A DNA stretch of 64,000 nucleotides from an uncultured bacterium. GTDB lineage: Bacteria > Krumholzibacteriota > Krumholzibacteriia > Krumholzibacteriales > Krumholzibacteriaceae. Location: contig CAWJVO010000009.1 in the NCBI GenBank assembly GCA_963846325.1, forward strand, positions 251,083-315,082, given 5' to 3'. Positions 28,280 to 39,100 of this stretch are shown in pieces; within the stretch, counting starts at the first letter, position 1; each line of letters starts with the position of its first letter. Below the pieces are notes generated by a model. It did not search any database. It was not told the DNA's origin and was given only the letters and a program-made list of their open reading frames with translations. The position numbers and the translations under genes are program-made.

Positions 28280-30180
28280 CGTTTTCCCTCCGGAACGCCC
28301 GTGTTCTCAAGCCGCTTCCGGGCTTCCTCGATATTCTTCGAGACGCTTTCGTTATCAGGATCGATGTCGAGAATCTTCTTCCACTGTTCGACGGCGCTCG
28401 TGTACTTGCCCTGGGTGAAGAATTTCATCCCTTCGATGTACAGCGCGCGAACCTGCGCCTTTTCCTTGTCGGTGAGCGGCGTCATGCGTCGCTGGGCGCG
28501 AAGCAGGAGCCTCCGTCCCTCCTCATGGGTCGGCTCGAGCCTGAGAAGCTCGCCGAGCCCGGCGGACGCCTCGGCGTACTTTCCGTCTCCGAACGCCTTG
28601 ACGGCGCCGTCGAAGAGCTCCATGACCCTGAGCTTCTTGCTCGTTTGCGTGTAATCCCTGCTCATCTCGTCGAGACGCCGGTTGATCCTGTCCGCGGCCT
28701 CTTTCGCTTCGACCGATTCGGGATCGAGCGTCCGAACGACGTTCCATTCGCCGAGGGCGGCCGCGAGCTGCCCCTGCCTCTCGAGCTCGCCCGCCCGCGC
28801 GCGATGCTGTTCCGCGAGGCTTCCGAGCTTCTCCTCGGTCTTCCCGAGGTACTCGAGCGCGCTCGCGTTCGACGAATCGAGCGCGAGGACGTTGCGCCAT
28901 TCCGCGCGGGACAGAACGTAGTCGTCCGTGCTGTAGTAATCGAGGCCGAGCTTGAAATGCCGGCTGATGAGAGCGGCCTTCTCGGCGTCCTGCGTGCGCG
29001 AGCGCTCCTCGGCGAGAATGGTCCGCTCCACGACGGCGAGCGTCTCGGCGACCGCCGTATTCGTCGGGTCGTACTCGAGGGCGAGCTTGAGCTCGTCGAG
29101 CGCCTTGCCGAGCGCTCCTTCCTTCCGGTAGCGTTCCGCCTCGCTCACGTGGCCGGAAATCCGCTTCGAGAGAATCTGCCGGATGCGTCCCTCCTCCTCG
29201 ACGAGGCGGCGCTGCTCGCGCGCAGCGATCTTCTCCTCGATCGACTCGCCGATGCGGGACGACAACGTCAGGGGATGCGAGCTCCCCGCGTCTCCGCGGC
29301 TGAAAAAGCCGTAGTCGAACGAGAAGCCCCGCCACCCGAGGCCGAGGCCCGCCGTGATCGACTCGGAATCGAATCCGACGCGGACGCTGACGAAATTCTT
29401 GAACAGGTATTCCGCGCCGAACCGGAACTCTTTCTCATCGCGCTGCGGAGCGTTCATCTGGAGCGCGAGCGAGAGCGACGAACCGTTCGCGAACGGATAG
29501 ATGTATCCCGCGCCCACCATGATCGTCCGGTCGACCTTGTCGGTCAGCGTGACGAGCTTCGTTTCCGCCCCGACGATATCCTGCAGGTTGCATCCCACGG
29601 CGACTCTCCGGACGTACTTCGGCCGGTACACGAATCCGATATCGAGCCCCGTTCCGGCGGCCGAGAGCTCGCCGACCCTCTGGTTGAGCACCTTGACCGA
29701 GGCGCCGGCCGTCACGTCGCCGACGTAACGCCACGGGAGATCGAACGCGTAGCCGAGAATCACCTGGCTCTCGCGGTAGTCGAGCTCTCCCGTTTCCCTG
29801 CTGAATTCGTCGAATCCTCTGATACCGCCCGTTCCGACCGTCATGATCCCGAGGCCGATCGAGCCGGCCGAGATCGTCGGATACACGAGCCCCAGAAAAT
29901 CGTACGTCGCGTCGCTGAAGCCCGACAGAAGCTGGATATGATTGAGCACCGCGCCGGGACGGCGGCACAGCCGCAGCGCCGCGGGATTGTAATAGAGAAC
30001 GGAAGCGTCGTCCCCGATCGCGGAAAAAGCGCCTCCGAGGGCGATCGCCCGGGATCCCGCGCCGATGCTGAAGACGGACCGCGTGCCCCCCGTTCCATCC
30101 TGCGCGGCGGCGTCAACCGAAGCGACGGAGAGAACGCAGGCGATCGATATGAGGATGACGAGCTTCTTCATGATACCCAC
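28276..30180 (-). CDS. FadL/PorV-like outer-membrane beta-barrel domain fused to a C-terminal TPR-repeat region
   Basis: A signal peptide (MKKLVILISIACVLSVASVDAAAQ) is followed by a FadL/PorV-type N-terminal motif (SRAIALGGAFSAIGDDASVLYYNPAAL). The barrel spans about 300 aa. About 330 aa of TPR-like helices follow (ALDELKLALEYDPTN..., AVEQWKKILDIDPDN). The family call rests on recalled motifs. The stop overlaps the downstream GTG start. Confidence 0.55.
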   Translation of the reverse strand: MGIMKKLVILISIACVLSVASVDAAAQDGTGGTRSVFSIGAGSRAIALGGAFSAIGDDASVLYYNPAALRLCRRPGAVLNHIQLLSGFSDATYDFLGLVYPTISAGSIGLGIMTVGTGGIRGFDEFSRETGELDYRESQVILGYAFDLPWRYVGDVTAGASVKVLNQRVGELSAAGTGLDIGFVYRPKYVRRVAVGCNLQDIVGAETKLVTLTDKVDRTIMVGAGYIYPFANGSSLSLALQMNAPQRDEKEFRFGAEYLFKNFVSVRVGFDSESITAGLGLGWRGFSFDYGFFSRGDAGSSHPLTLSSRIGESIEEKIAAREQRRLVEEEGRIRQILSKRISGHVSEAERYRKEGALGKALDELKLALEYDPTNTAVAETLAVVERTILAEERSRTQDAEKAALISRHFKLGLDYYSTDDYVLSRAEWRNVLALDSSNASALEYLGKTEEKLGSLAEQHRARAGELERQGQLAAALGEWNVVRTLDPESVEAKEAADRINRRLDEMSRDYTQTSKKLRVMELFDGAVKAFGDGKYAEASAGLGELLRLEPTHEEGRRLLLRAQRRMTPLTDKEKAQVRALYIEGMKFFTQGKYTSAVEQWKKILDIDPDNESVSKNIEEARKRLENTGVPEGKR

Positions 30181-30184
30181 GCTC

Positions 30185-33100
30185 TCACTTTGCGACGGCG
30201 ATCTTGAAGAGCGCCGATTGCGAGCCCGCCTCGACCTTGCACATGTACACGCCGTTTCTCACGAGCTCTCCCCGGTCGTTTCGGCCGTTCCACGGGATCT
30301 CGTGCCATGTCCCTTCCGGCGCGCCCGTGCCTCCGGCGTCTCCCGAGCCGATGCTCCTGGTCCAGACGAGCCGGCCGCCGAGGTCGTAGATCTTGATCGA
30401 AACGGCCGAGTTCTTCTTCAGGAAATAGCAGATCTTCGTCGGCTCGGTCCCCGCCCTGAACGGATTCGGATAGTTGTGGACGTATTCGTCGAAACGCGCG
30501 CTCATGATCGAGAGCGGACCGCTCCGGAAATGCCCCGCGATGTCGCCTCCGTCGAGCTCCAGCGCGACTCCGATCCGCGTCCCCGATTCGCTGATGGAGA
30601 CGACGACGTCCGCGCTGCGCCCGATCTCGAACCTGATCTCCCCGGCGAGCGCCCTCGCGGCGATGTCGGCCGCGAGCAGCAGCGTGTCGGCGCTGCCGGG
30701 CGCCAGGGTGAATCCGTGTCCGACGACGATCGGAACGGGATTGCGGCCCGCGACCGCGGCCGAATACTCCGATCCGCCGACCGCGCACGAGAGCGAAGCG
30801 ACCGACCTGGCCGGATCCGCGGCGGGACTGCCCCGTCCGTCCTCGATCGCCACGTAGAGCGTGTCGAGACCGATGGTGAAACCGGAAGCGTTTTTCAGGA
30901 CGATCCGCATCACGGGAACGTCCTGAGCGCCCTGAGGAACGACGAACGGCGGTATCGAATCCGCGCTCGACGCGTTCGACATCAGAACGGAGCCCGCCTG
31001 CGTCTGAACGGGGATGAACGCCGCTCCGGTCGATATCTCGCACGGGAGGTTCGTATTGACGTCGGTCGCGTACGGCTCGATGAGCCTCACCTCGATGTTT
31101 CCCGGGGAGGTCGGCGACGCGGGCGCCCTGACGTTCCATACGACGCTCTGTCCCGGGTAGAACGGCTTGCGATACGTCTCCGGGGCACCGTCGAGCGCAT
31201 ATCCCTGCCCGGCGGGTAGCACGATCTCCATCCGCGCTCCCGTCGTATCCAGCGCCGCTTCTCCCGATCTCGCCGCGGTCGCCTCGATCGTGAACGGCAG
31301 ACTGATCGACACGGATCCGTCGAGAGCCTCGTCCGGTCCCGAGATTCGAGCGCTCATGGCGAGCGCCGGCCTGATCAGCACGTGAACGGGAAAGACGACG
31401 CGGCACGTCCCGACGACGCGGCCGGAGTTGACGTCCTTCCCGCCCGCGCGAACGACGAGCGTGTCGGCGTCGACATGGCCCATCGGAGCCCTCATGATCC
31501 AATCGACCGTCACCTGCGTCCCCGTCCCCCTGCCGATGAACCGGGTCCGGTCGCCGATGACGGAGAATCCCGCCGGCGCCGAGATTTCGATCCATACCGA
31601 GTCGGTGCTCGCCGAGGGGCTGAAAATCGCCCGGGCCGTGAAATCCTGCTCGGTCGAGAGCGTGCCGTCGACGGCTCCCTGCGGAGCGGCGATCGAAATC
31701 GCGCATCCGCTCACGCCTCCCGCTTCCACGGTCCGGAGCGCCACGGCCGATTCGATCAGGCGGACGGCCGCCGGAAGGGCCGTATTGACGCCGTCGGGGA
31801 TCCGGCTGATGCGCGCTTTCACGGTGTCCTGCGACGGCGCCGCGGGCGCGACGAGCGTCCAGGAGACGGCGCTGCCGGTTCCGAGACGCTTCACGAGCGG
31901 ATCCGCCGAGTTCGCGAGGAGCACGGACGGCGGGAGCGCGAGAGTCACCTCTCCCGTCGTATCGACGAGCGCCTGCCCTTCGTTGGAGACGGCGGCGGTG
32001 ACGACGAAGGTCTGGCCGACCGAGAGCGTGTCGTCGAGAGCGCCCGCGGGGGCCGTGACCGAGACGCCGCACGAGAGGAGCGCGGGGAGCTCGATGCGGA
32101 GATTCTCTATCGACTCCGCCGCCTGGGCCGGATAGACGCGCTCGCCCGTGTTCACCGAAACCGCGTAGACGATCGACGAGGTCAATATCTCGCTCCCGGG
32201 CGCCGAAGCGGCGACGATCGAGAATGCGAAATCCCTTTCCGACTTCGAGGGGACGGACACGAGCGAATCGCCGACGATCGCGGTTCGCGTGGCGCCGTTC
32301 GAGACGAGGTGCACGTTGACGCTGTCGAGATCGTCCCCCCCCGTATTCTCGACGCGGACGGTCACGCCGAACGCCTGATCGGTATCGACGACCGACGTGT
32401 TGGGGAAGAGCGCGTTATTCGGCGCGTCGCTCGTCACCGAAACGATCCGCAGACCGGACGGCGCCTTGACGCGCACCGATCCCGAGCCGGCCGCGGAGCC
32501 AGGCTCGCGAAGCGGATCGTTCATATCCGTCCATCCGGCTCCGGCGTCGATCGCGACCATGCCCGTATCGCCGCCGGTCGAGGAGATGCGATAGATGAGC
32601 GAATCCGAGGCTCCCCCGGCGAGTGAGAAGGAGCTCGAGCCCGAGCCGAGCGTATCGGGAGCGATGACGAAATAATCGTAACGCCTCGTGCCGAGGAGCG
32701 AGAACGCAAGATCCGAAGCCGCCGGAGCGCGGAGCGCGAGAGGCGCCTCTCCCCTGTTCGCGATGGAGACGCTTACCGTCCAGTCCGCGGCCTGGCTTGC
32801 GTTCACCTCGCCCTGCGAAGGTCTGACGGAGAATATCTCGAGCGCCGCGAGGCTCTGTATGATCGCGCGCGTCGTGTCGTCGAGAGCCGGATTGACGCGG
32901 ACGAGATCGCTCTCGCGTGAGTTGCCGTCGAGAGCGCCCCTGATATGCGCCCTGAACGTTTCGAGCCCGCTCGCGGTCCCCGCCGTGATCCTGAAGGTGT
33001 CGGACTCCGCCGCCGCGCCGCTCAACGCGCCCAGGACGAGGAGGGTATCTTCGATGCCGGAAGAGCCGGAGTGTTCGAGCGCCACCCGAATACTCTCAGC

Positions 33101-36100
33101 CGGCGCCTCTCCTTCATTAATTACTTCAAATGATACTTGGAACCGTTGATCAATATTGATATAAGGAGATCGCGGAGCTTCATTCTCAACCTGCGCGATT
33201 CTGATCTGCGCCGGGGCCTGAACGCGCATAGCGCCCGAACCCGATCCCGCCTGCCTCGTGTCGAAAGCGCTGTATATCGAGCTGTTGCTCTCGATGAATC
33301 CCGCGTGCGCGTGCAGGACGATATCCGCGCCCGACGGAATATCGGGCGTCGGCGATACGGAGAATACGAGGTGCTTGCAGCTTCCTCCCTCGAGGACGAG
33401 GCCTCCTTCCGAGAACGCCGCGGGCGCGGCCTGCGAGAAGGGCAGCCTTCCGTCGTAGAACACGTACATGCTGTCCGTGACCAGCGTGAGATCGGCCTCG
33501 CCGCCGTTGCACACCTCGAGCGTGATTTCCCAGGGCGTCGCCTGACCCGAGGTCACCGCGGTTCTCTCCGGAGTCGTCCGCGCGATCGCCGGCGAACCCG
33601 GATTCTGGATGGCCGCGTAGCTGAAACCACCGTCGAATGTGTCGTCGACGATCGTGAGCCCGCTGTTGATGTCGACAGCCGTCACCTTTCCGTTCACGAG
33701 CGCGAGCCCGCTCGTCGAGCCCGTGGGCGTGACGACGAAGACGAGGCTGTCGACGGCGCCCCCGGCGAGCGTGTCGGTCCCGGATCCCTCGAGGCGATCG
33801 GGATAGTCGATCCCGTATTCGTACGTCCGGTCGCCGATCCCGACGAGATTGAAGTTGATGAAGGTCTTCGCCGCGTTGAAATCGATCACGACGGAGGCCT
33901 CGCCGTTATTCCTGAGCACCATGCGCGCCTGCCATGCGGCGCTCTGGGACCGGGTCACCGATTGCGGCACCACGATGCGGTTGATGCTGAGCTGCGGAGC
34001 CTGTTCGACGCTCACCGAATCGCTCAGCGCTCCGAGGACCGCGGAGAACGGATTGCCGTTCTCGGTGCCTTCGAGATGCAGGGACACGGGGAACGTCACG
34101 TGCGCGATGGCGGTATCGACAGGCGCGTTTCTGAAGAACAGGGTGATTTCTCCGCCGCTCGCGAGAACATGCTCCGAGACCGGAGAAAGGGTCGTCCTGA
34201 AGGTGTCGCCGTCGGCGTCACCGAAGCTCAGGAACACCTTTCCGGGATCGAGAACGAGCGTCGAGCGACTCAGCGCGTCGCTCGAGATTCGCGCTTCGAA
34301 CGAGACGCTCGCCCCGCTGCTCACGACGGCCGGCGTGAGGCTGCCGGCCACGTAACGCGGATCGGCACGGAGATCGAAGGAAACGCTGTCGTCGCTCGAC
34401 GGGGCGTACCGCTCCGCATGGAGCGTTCGTCCGCTGTTGTTCTCCGACGCGAGTATCGCCCCCGTAAGAACCTGCCTTCCGGGGAGGATCGAGCCCGTCG
34501 TGCGCACGACGAACGGGAGGATCGCGGTCGAACCGCCGCGGAGCGTCCGTCCGCCCCCCGGAATCTCCGCGGGATTCTCGATCGAGAAACCCGTGCCCTC
34601 GGGAACCGCGACCCACGTCGAGTCGACGCGGTCGAGAAGGAGCGTGGCGTCCGATTCGCCCGTGTTGCGGACTTCCATCTCGATCGTCCAGTCGCGTTCC
34701 TGGGCGATCGTCACCGGATCCTGCAGGGAGGCGAACCCGACGACTTCGAGATCGGCCTCCGATTGGACGAGCACGTCTCCATGAATCCCCGAGGCGCCGC
34801 TCGAAACCGTGAAAGCTCTCTCGCTGTTGATTTCGACGGCGCGTACCGTCGAGGTGATCGAGCAGACGCCGGGAACGGAGCCTGTCCGATCTATGCGATA
34901 GCGAAGCGTATCGGTCGAGCCCCCCTCGACCACGACGCCTCCGCCCGCGAGCTCCGAGGGGCTCGCGACCAGAAAATCGCCCGACGTCGAGAAAGCGAGG
35001 AAGGAGTTCGATTCGCTGAGGTCGAGAGCGACGTCCGATTGTCCGGTGTTCGCGAGAACGACATCCACCGTCCAGACCCGGCGCTGGTAGGCCGTCACGG
35101 TATCCGCCGAAGGGACGATCGCGGCGACGGCGAGGTCCGCCGGGGTCTGAACGAGATAGCTTCCTTTACCGCCGAACTCGGTCGTCGCGATGAGAACGGC
35201 GCCGCTGTTCATATCTCTGCCCCATATCTTCGATTCGACGACGATCGTCCCGGTCGTCATCGGTCCCGCGACGTTGTCCCTGAATCGCTCGGCGATGATC
35301 TTGTACGACCCCCCGTTCAACGTGTCGACGCCGGGATTGAGATTGAGCGCCGTGAGGACGCACTCGGAGGTGACTTCCGTCGAGCCCGCGTAGAGCCTGA
35401 CCTTGAGGCTGTCGAGACGAACCGCCGCGCCGCCGTTATTATCGACGCGGATCGAAGCGAACCACTCCTTCGCCTGATCCGCCGTGATGCTGTCCGACGG
35501 AAACACCGTCGTGCTCGCGATCGCGAGCTGCGGCGGGCTCTGGACCGCGATCGCGTCCGTCGGCGAGAGGTTCGTCGAGAAAGGCAAACCGTTTTCCGTT
35601 CCCTTGACCCGCACCGCGGGCAGATAGCTCCCCGTCGGCAAGGCGTCCGGAATCGTCACCGCGTTGAAATAGAGCGTTCTCGCGCCGGGCGCGACGGTTG
35701 TCCCGCGCGAACCGTCGAGCTTCGCCGTATAGACGACCGGGCCCGAAGAGAACGTGATCCAGGTCGAATCGGGATCGCAGGCGACCGTCGCCCCTCCCGA
35801 GTTGTCGATTCCGACTTCGAATGCGACCGCGCTCCGCTTGCTCACCGGCGTCGGCGCGATGCTGCCGGGACGATAGGCGAGCTGCGCCGGATCCACCACG
35901 ACGATCGCGTCTCCGAGAACGAGCGTTTGGCTGAACGATGCGCCGTTCTCGGTGCCACGGAGCCGGACCGAAACGGGCCAGCTCCCGGCATCCATGGCGA
36001 GCGGCACGGCCGCGGGCGGAAAGACGATATTCGTCACCGCGCCGCCGGGAAGCGCGCCTTCCGCGCCGAGGGCGACCCGCAGCGTATCGACTCCGTCGGT

Positions 36101-39100
36101 GAACGAGAGCCGCGTGCCGGAGCCGCTGAGAATGACCGCCGCCTGGCCGTCGTTTCTGAGAGACACGGAGAATCCGTGGCTTTGCCCCTTCGAAACGACG
36201 CCGGGGTTCAGCGAACCGGGCACATACGCGATCGAGGCGGCCGACTGCACGAAGATCGGAGCCGCGTTCGGATACGCGGACGCATCCTGGGCCTGCGAGC
36301 CGTCCACCGAAGCGGTGACGGAGGCGTCGATGGTATCGGCGCCGAGAGGCGAGTTCGCGAGCACGTACATGCTCCGCCGGTAATCCCGCTCCGCGCCGGC
36401 CGGAAGATTATCGGGAAGGGCCGGATTCCATGTCCCGGTCACGCCGAAATAGCCGTGCTCGTAGCTGGGCACGATATCGTTCACGGAGACGAACGATCCG
36501 CCGCCGTTCTTGATCCGCACGTCGACCTCGAAGGTGTCCCCTCTGCTCACGATCGACGGAGCGGTGACCCGCATGATTTCGATATCGGAGACGGAGACGC
36601 TGTTCGAACCGGCGCTGAATTCCACCTGGTACGGCGAGCCGTACACGTCGGTTCCGACGAGCCTGACACGCGGCGTGTACGTTCCGCCGAGCATGCCCGC
36701 GGGGACTGCCGTCGTCTCGAAATCGAGCGTGTCCGTCGCCGATCCTCCCAGAAGGACCGGCGCGGCCAGGTGCGCGTCGTAGATATTCGAAGCGCTGTCC
36801 GCGAAGGAAATGAAGGTCTGCGTCGTCAGGTTCAGCCCCGTCGCGCTGCCGTTCGCGGCCGAGCACCTGAAGGTCGCCGGCTGCGTCGGGGTGAGGTAGC
36901 GGGGCGCGAGATATCCCGCGTACGCGCAGGCCGGGGGCGGCGCGAACGCGACGTTGGCCGTGCCGGCGGCGCTCCCCGCCAGGCTCTGGAACTGTATCGC
37001 GGAGAGCCCCGGCGTCGTGCCCGATCGGATGAAAACGGATACGGCCCCGCTCGATTCGGTCTGCCGCTCGACGGTGAGAGGCGTCGACGGATCCTTGTCC
37101 TCGCTCCCCACGGATCCGAGACTCGGCGTCACCCTCACGAGGCTGCCCGTCGCGACGATATTGCCGTACGCGTCGCGGACCGGGTTCGTCGTGATCGTGG
37201 AAACGCTCGACCCGTTCGCCGTTATCGTGCCGGGCACGATCGAGAAGAACGTGATGGCGCCGCTCGGAACCGCCGGTCTCACCGTGATCGTGTCGCTCGA
37301 GCTGAGCGCCCCTCCGGCGAGCGTCTGGGCCCGCAGGACGAGCTTCTCCGCCCTGTTATCGTACACGGTCACCGCCGCGCGGCCGTTCGTCAGTGTCACG
37401 GGATTCACCGAGAATACGGCCGAGCCGTCGCTCGCGAGATTCACGCGGCTCGTGTCGTCCTGAGTCGCTTCGTTGCCGTCGAGATCGTAGGCGATGAGCT
37501 GGAGCGCAAAGCTCTGACCGGCCGTCTTCGAATAACCGTCGGGCAGGACGTCGAATCGCGCGATCGAGCCGGCGGCCGTTCCGACGGTGAACAGCACACG
37601 CTCGAGCGCCGGCGGATTCGCGTCCAGAATCGAGGCGGAAACCGAATTGACCCCGGAATGCGTATCGGTCGTGAGACTGCAGACGGCGGCGCCCGTCGCG
37701 TCGGTCAGAACGAGCCCGTCTCCCGGCGCTCCCGTTCCGTCCCAGAGGCTCGGGCTTCCGCCGAGGTTGCTTGTGATGACGAAGCGGACGATCTCGGACG
37801 GCGCCGCGTTCCCGTATTCGTCGCTCACGCGCGCCCTGAGGCCGATCTTCGAACCGACGGGGACGCCGAGCGTGTCTCCCCGCACCTCGACGATCCGATA
37901 CGCGGGTCCGGGCCGAATGGTGATGAGATCGCTCCACTCCGAGAGGCTGTCCCCCGCGAGCGACAGCACGCGAATGCGATTGAAACCCGCCGTCGAATCG
38001 GATGCGGAGAATGACGAACGTCCCGCGGCCAGCGTCATCACGCCCGGAACGAACGCCATCGTCGTGCGCCGCGCGACGCAGCGCAGCTGCGAGCTCGAAT
38101 CGGTATCGATCAGGTTGCCGTATTCGTCGTACGCCGCGACGTTCCCCGTGAACGACTCGCCCGCCTGGAAAGAAACCCCCGGCAGCTCGAGCGATACCCG
38201 GGCGATCGCGCTCTTCGGCACGGTCGTCACGGTGAAGCTCTGCGTCTCGAGCCCTTCCGGATTCGCGTCGAGAATCGACGCGCGCACACGGTTCGTGCCC
38301 TGCAGCGTGTCGGTCCTGAACCAGAGCGAGGCGTTCCCGTTTCCGTCGGTGACGGCCTGCGGAGCCGCGAGCCGGCCGCCTCCCTCCTGCACGGTGAAGA
38401 ACACCGTCTGGCCGTTCACCGCGTTTCCGTAGCTATCGGCGACCCTCACGCGGAGCCTCAGCGAATCCCCGACCTGCACGCCGGTGCTGTCCCCGCCGAG
38501 CTTCACGAGCTGGTAGGCGGCGGCGTTGTCGACGGCCACGACGCCGCTGTAGCCCTTGATTGGATTGGCGGCGCTCGCCACCTCGACGCGGATCGCTTCC
38601 GCGACGGTGTACCGGAACCCATTCCCGGTGAACAATCCATTGACGAGGCTCCCGTTCGCCACCGAGAGCGCGCCCGACGCGACCAGGGAGCTGTCCGCGG
38701 CCTGAACGGCCCGGAAATCGATCGTATATCCCGCGGTCGTGACCCTGTTGTCGAAACGGTCCCTCGCTTCCGCCGAGACCGTGAAATCGGCGCCCGCCGT
38801 CGCGTTCGACGGCGCGACGACGACGTATGAGCTCACCGTGTCGTTCGGCACGATCGTGATGCTGAACTGATCCGGGGAGAGCGCTTCGACCTTGTCCCTG
38901 ACCTGAATCGGCCAGATTCCCTGCTTCGATCCCCTCCCGTAGAGCGTGACGACGCCGCCCGCGAGATCGGCTTCCGCGACCGGCGCGCCGAAATTCGTGA
39001 GGCTGAACGTGAATCCCCCCGCCACCGGCGGTTCGAGAACGATCCGGCTCGCGTTCGTGAGGTCTCGGTTTCCGTTCCCGTCGACCGCCTCGATCCTGAA

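Noticed and set aside
24900-28310. A 1136-aa alternative minus-strand ORF inside the signalling gene.
   Set aside because: It is the wrong frame. It consists of Arg/Gly/Glu/Asp runs, and the other frame carries all the recognisable domains.
22103-28654. A 2183-aa plus-strand ORF, the longest in the track.
   Set aside because: It is antisense to the TPR, ParA-like and 1420-aa signalling genes. It is extremely Arg/Leu/Glu/Asp-biased and has no domain logic. It is a GC-rich shadow ORF.
33137-38014. A 1625-aa plus-strand ORF.
   Set aside because: It is antisense to the Big_1 adhesin. It is Arg-rich and low-complexity, so it is a shadow frame.
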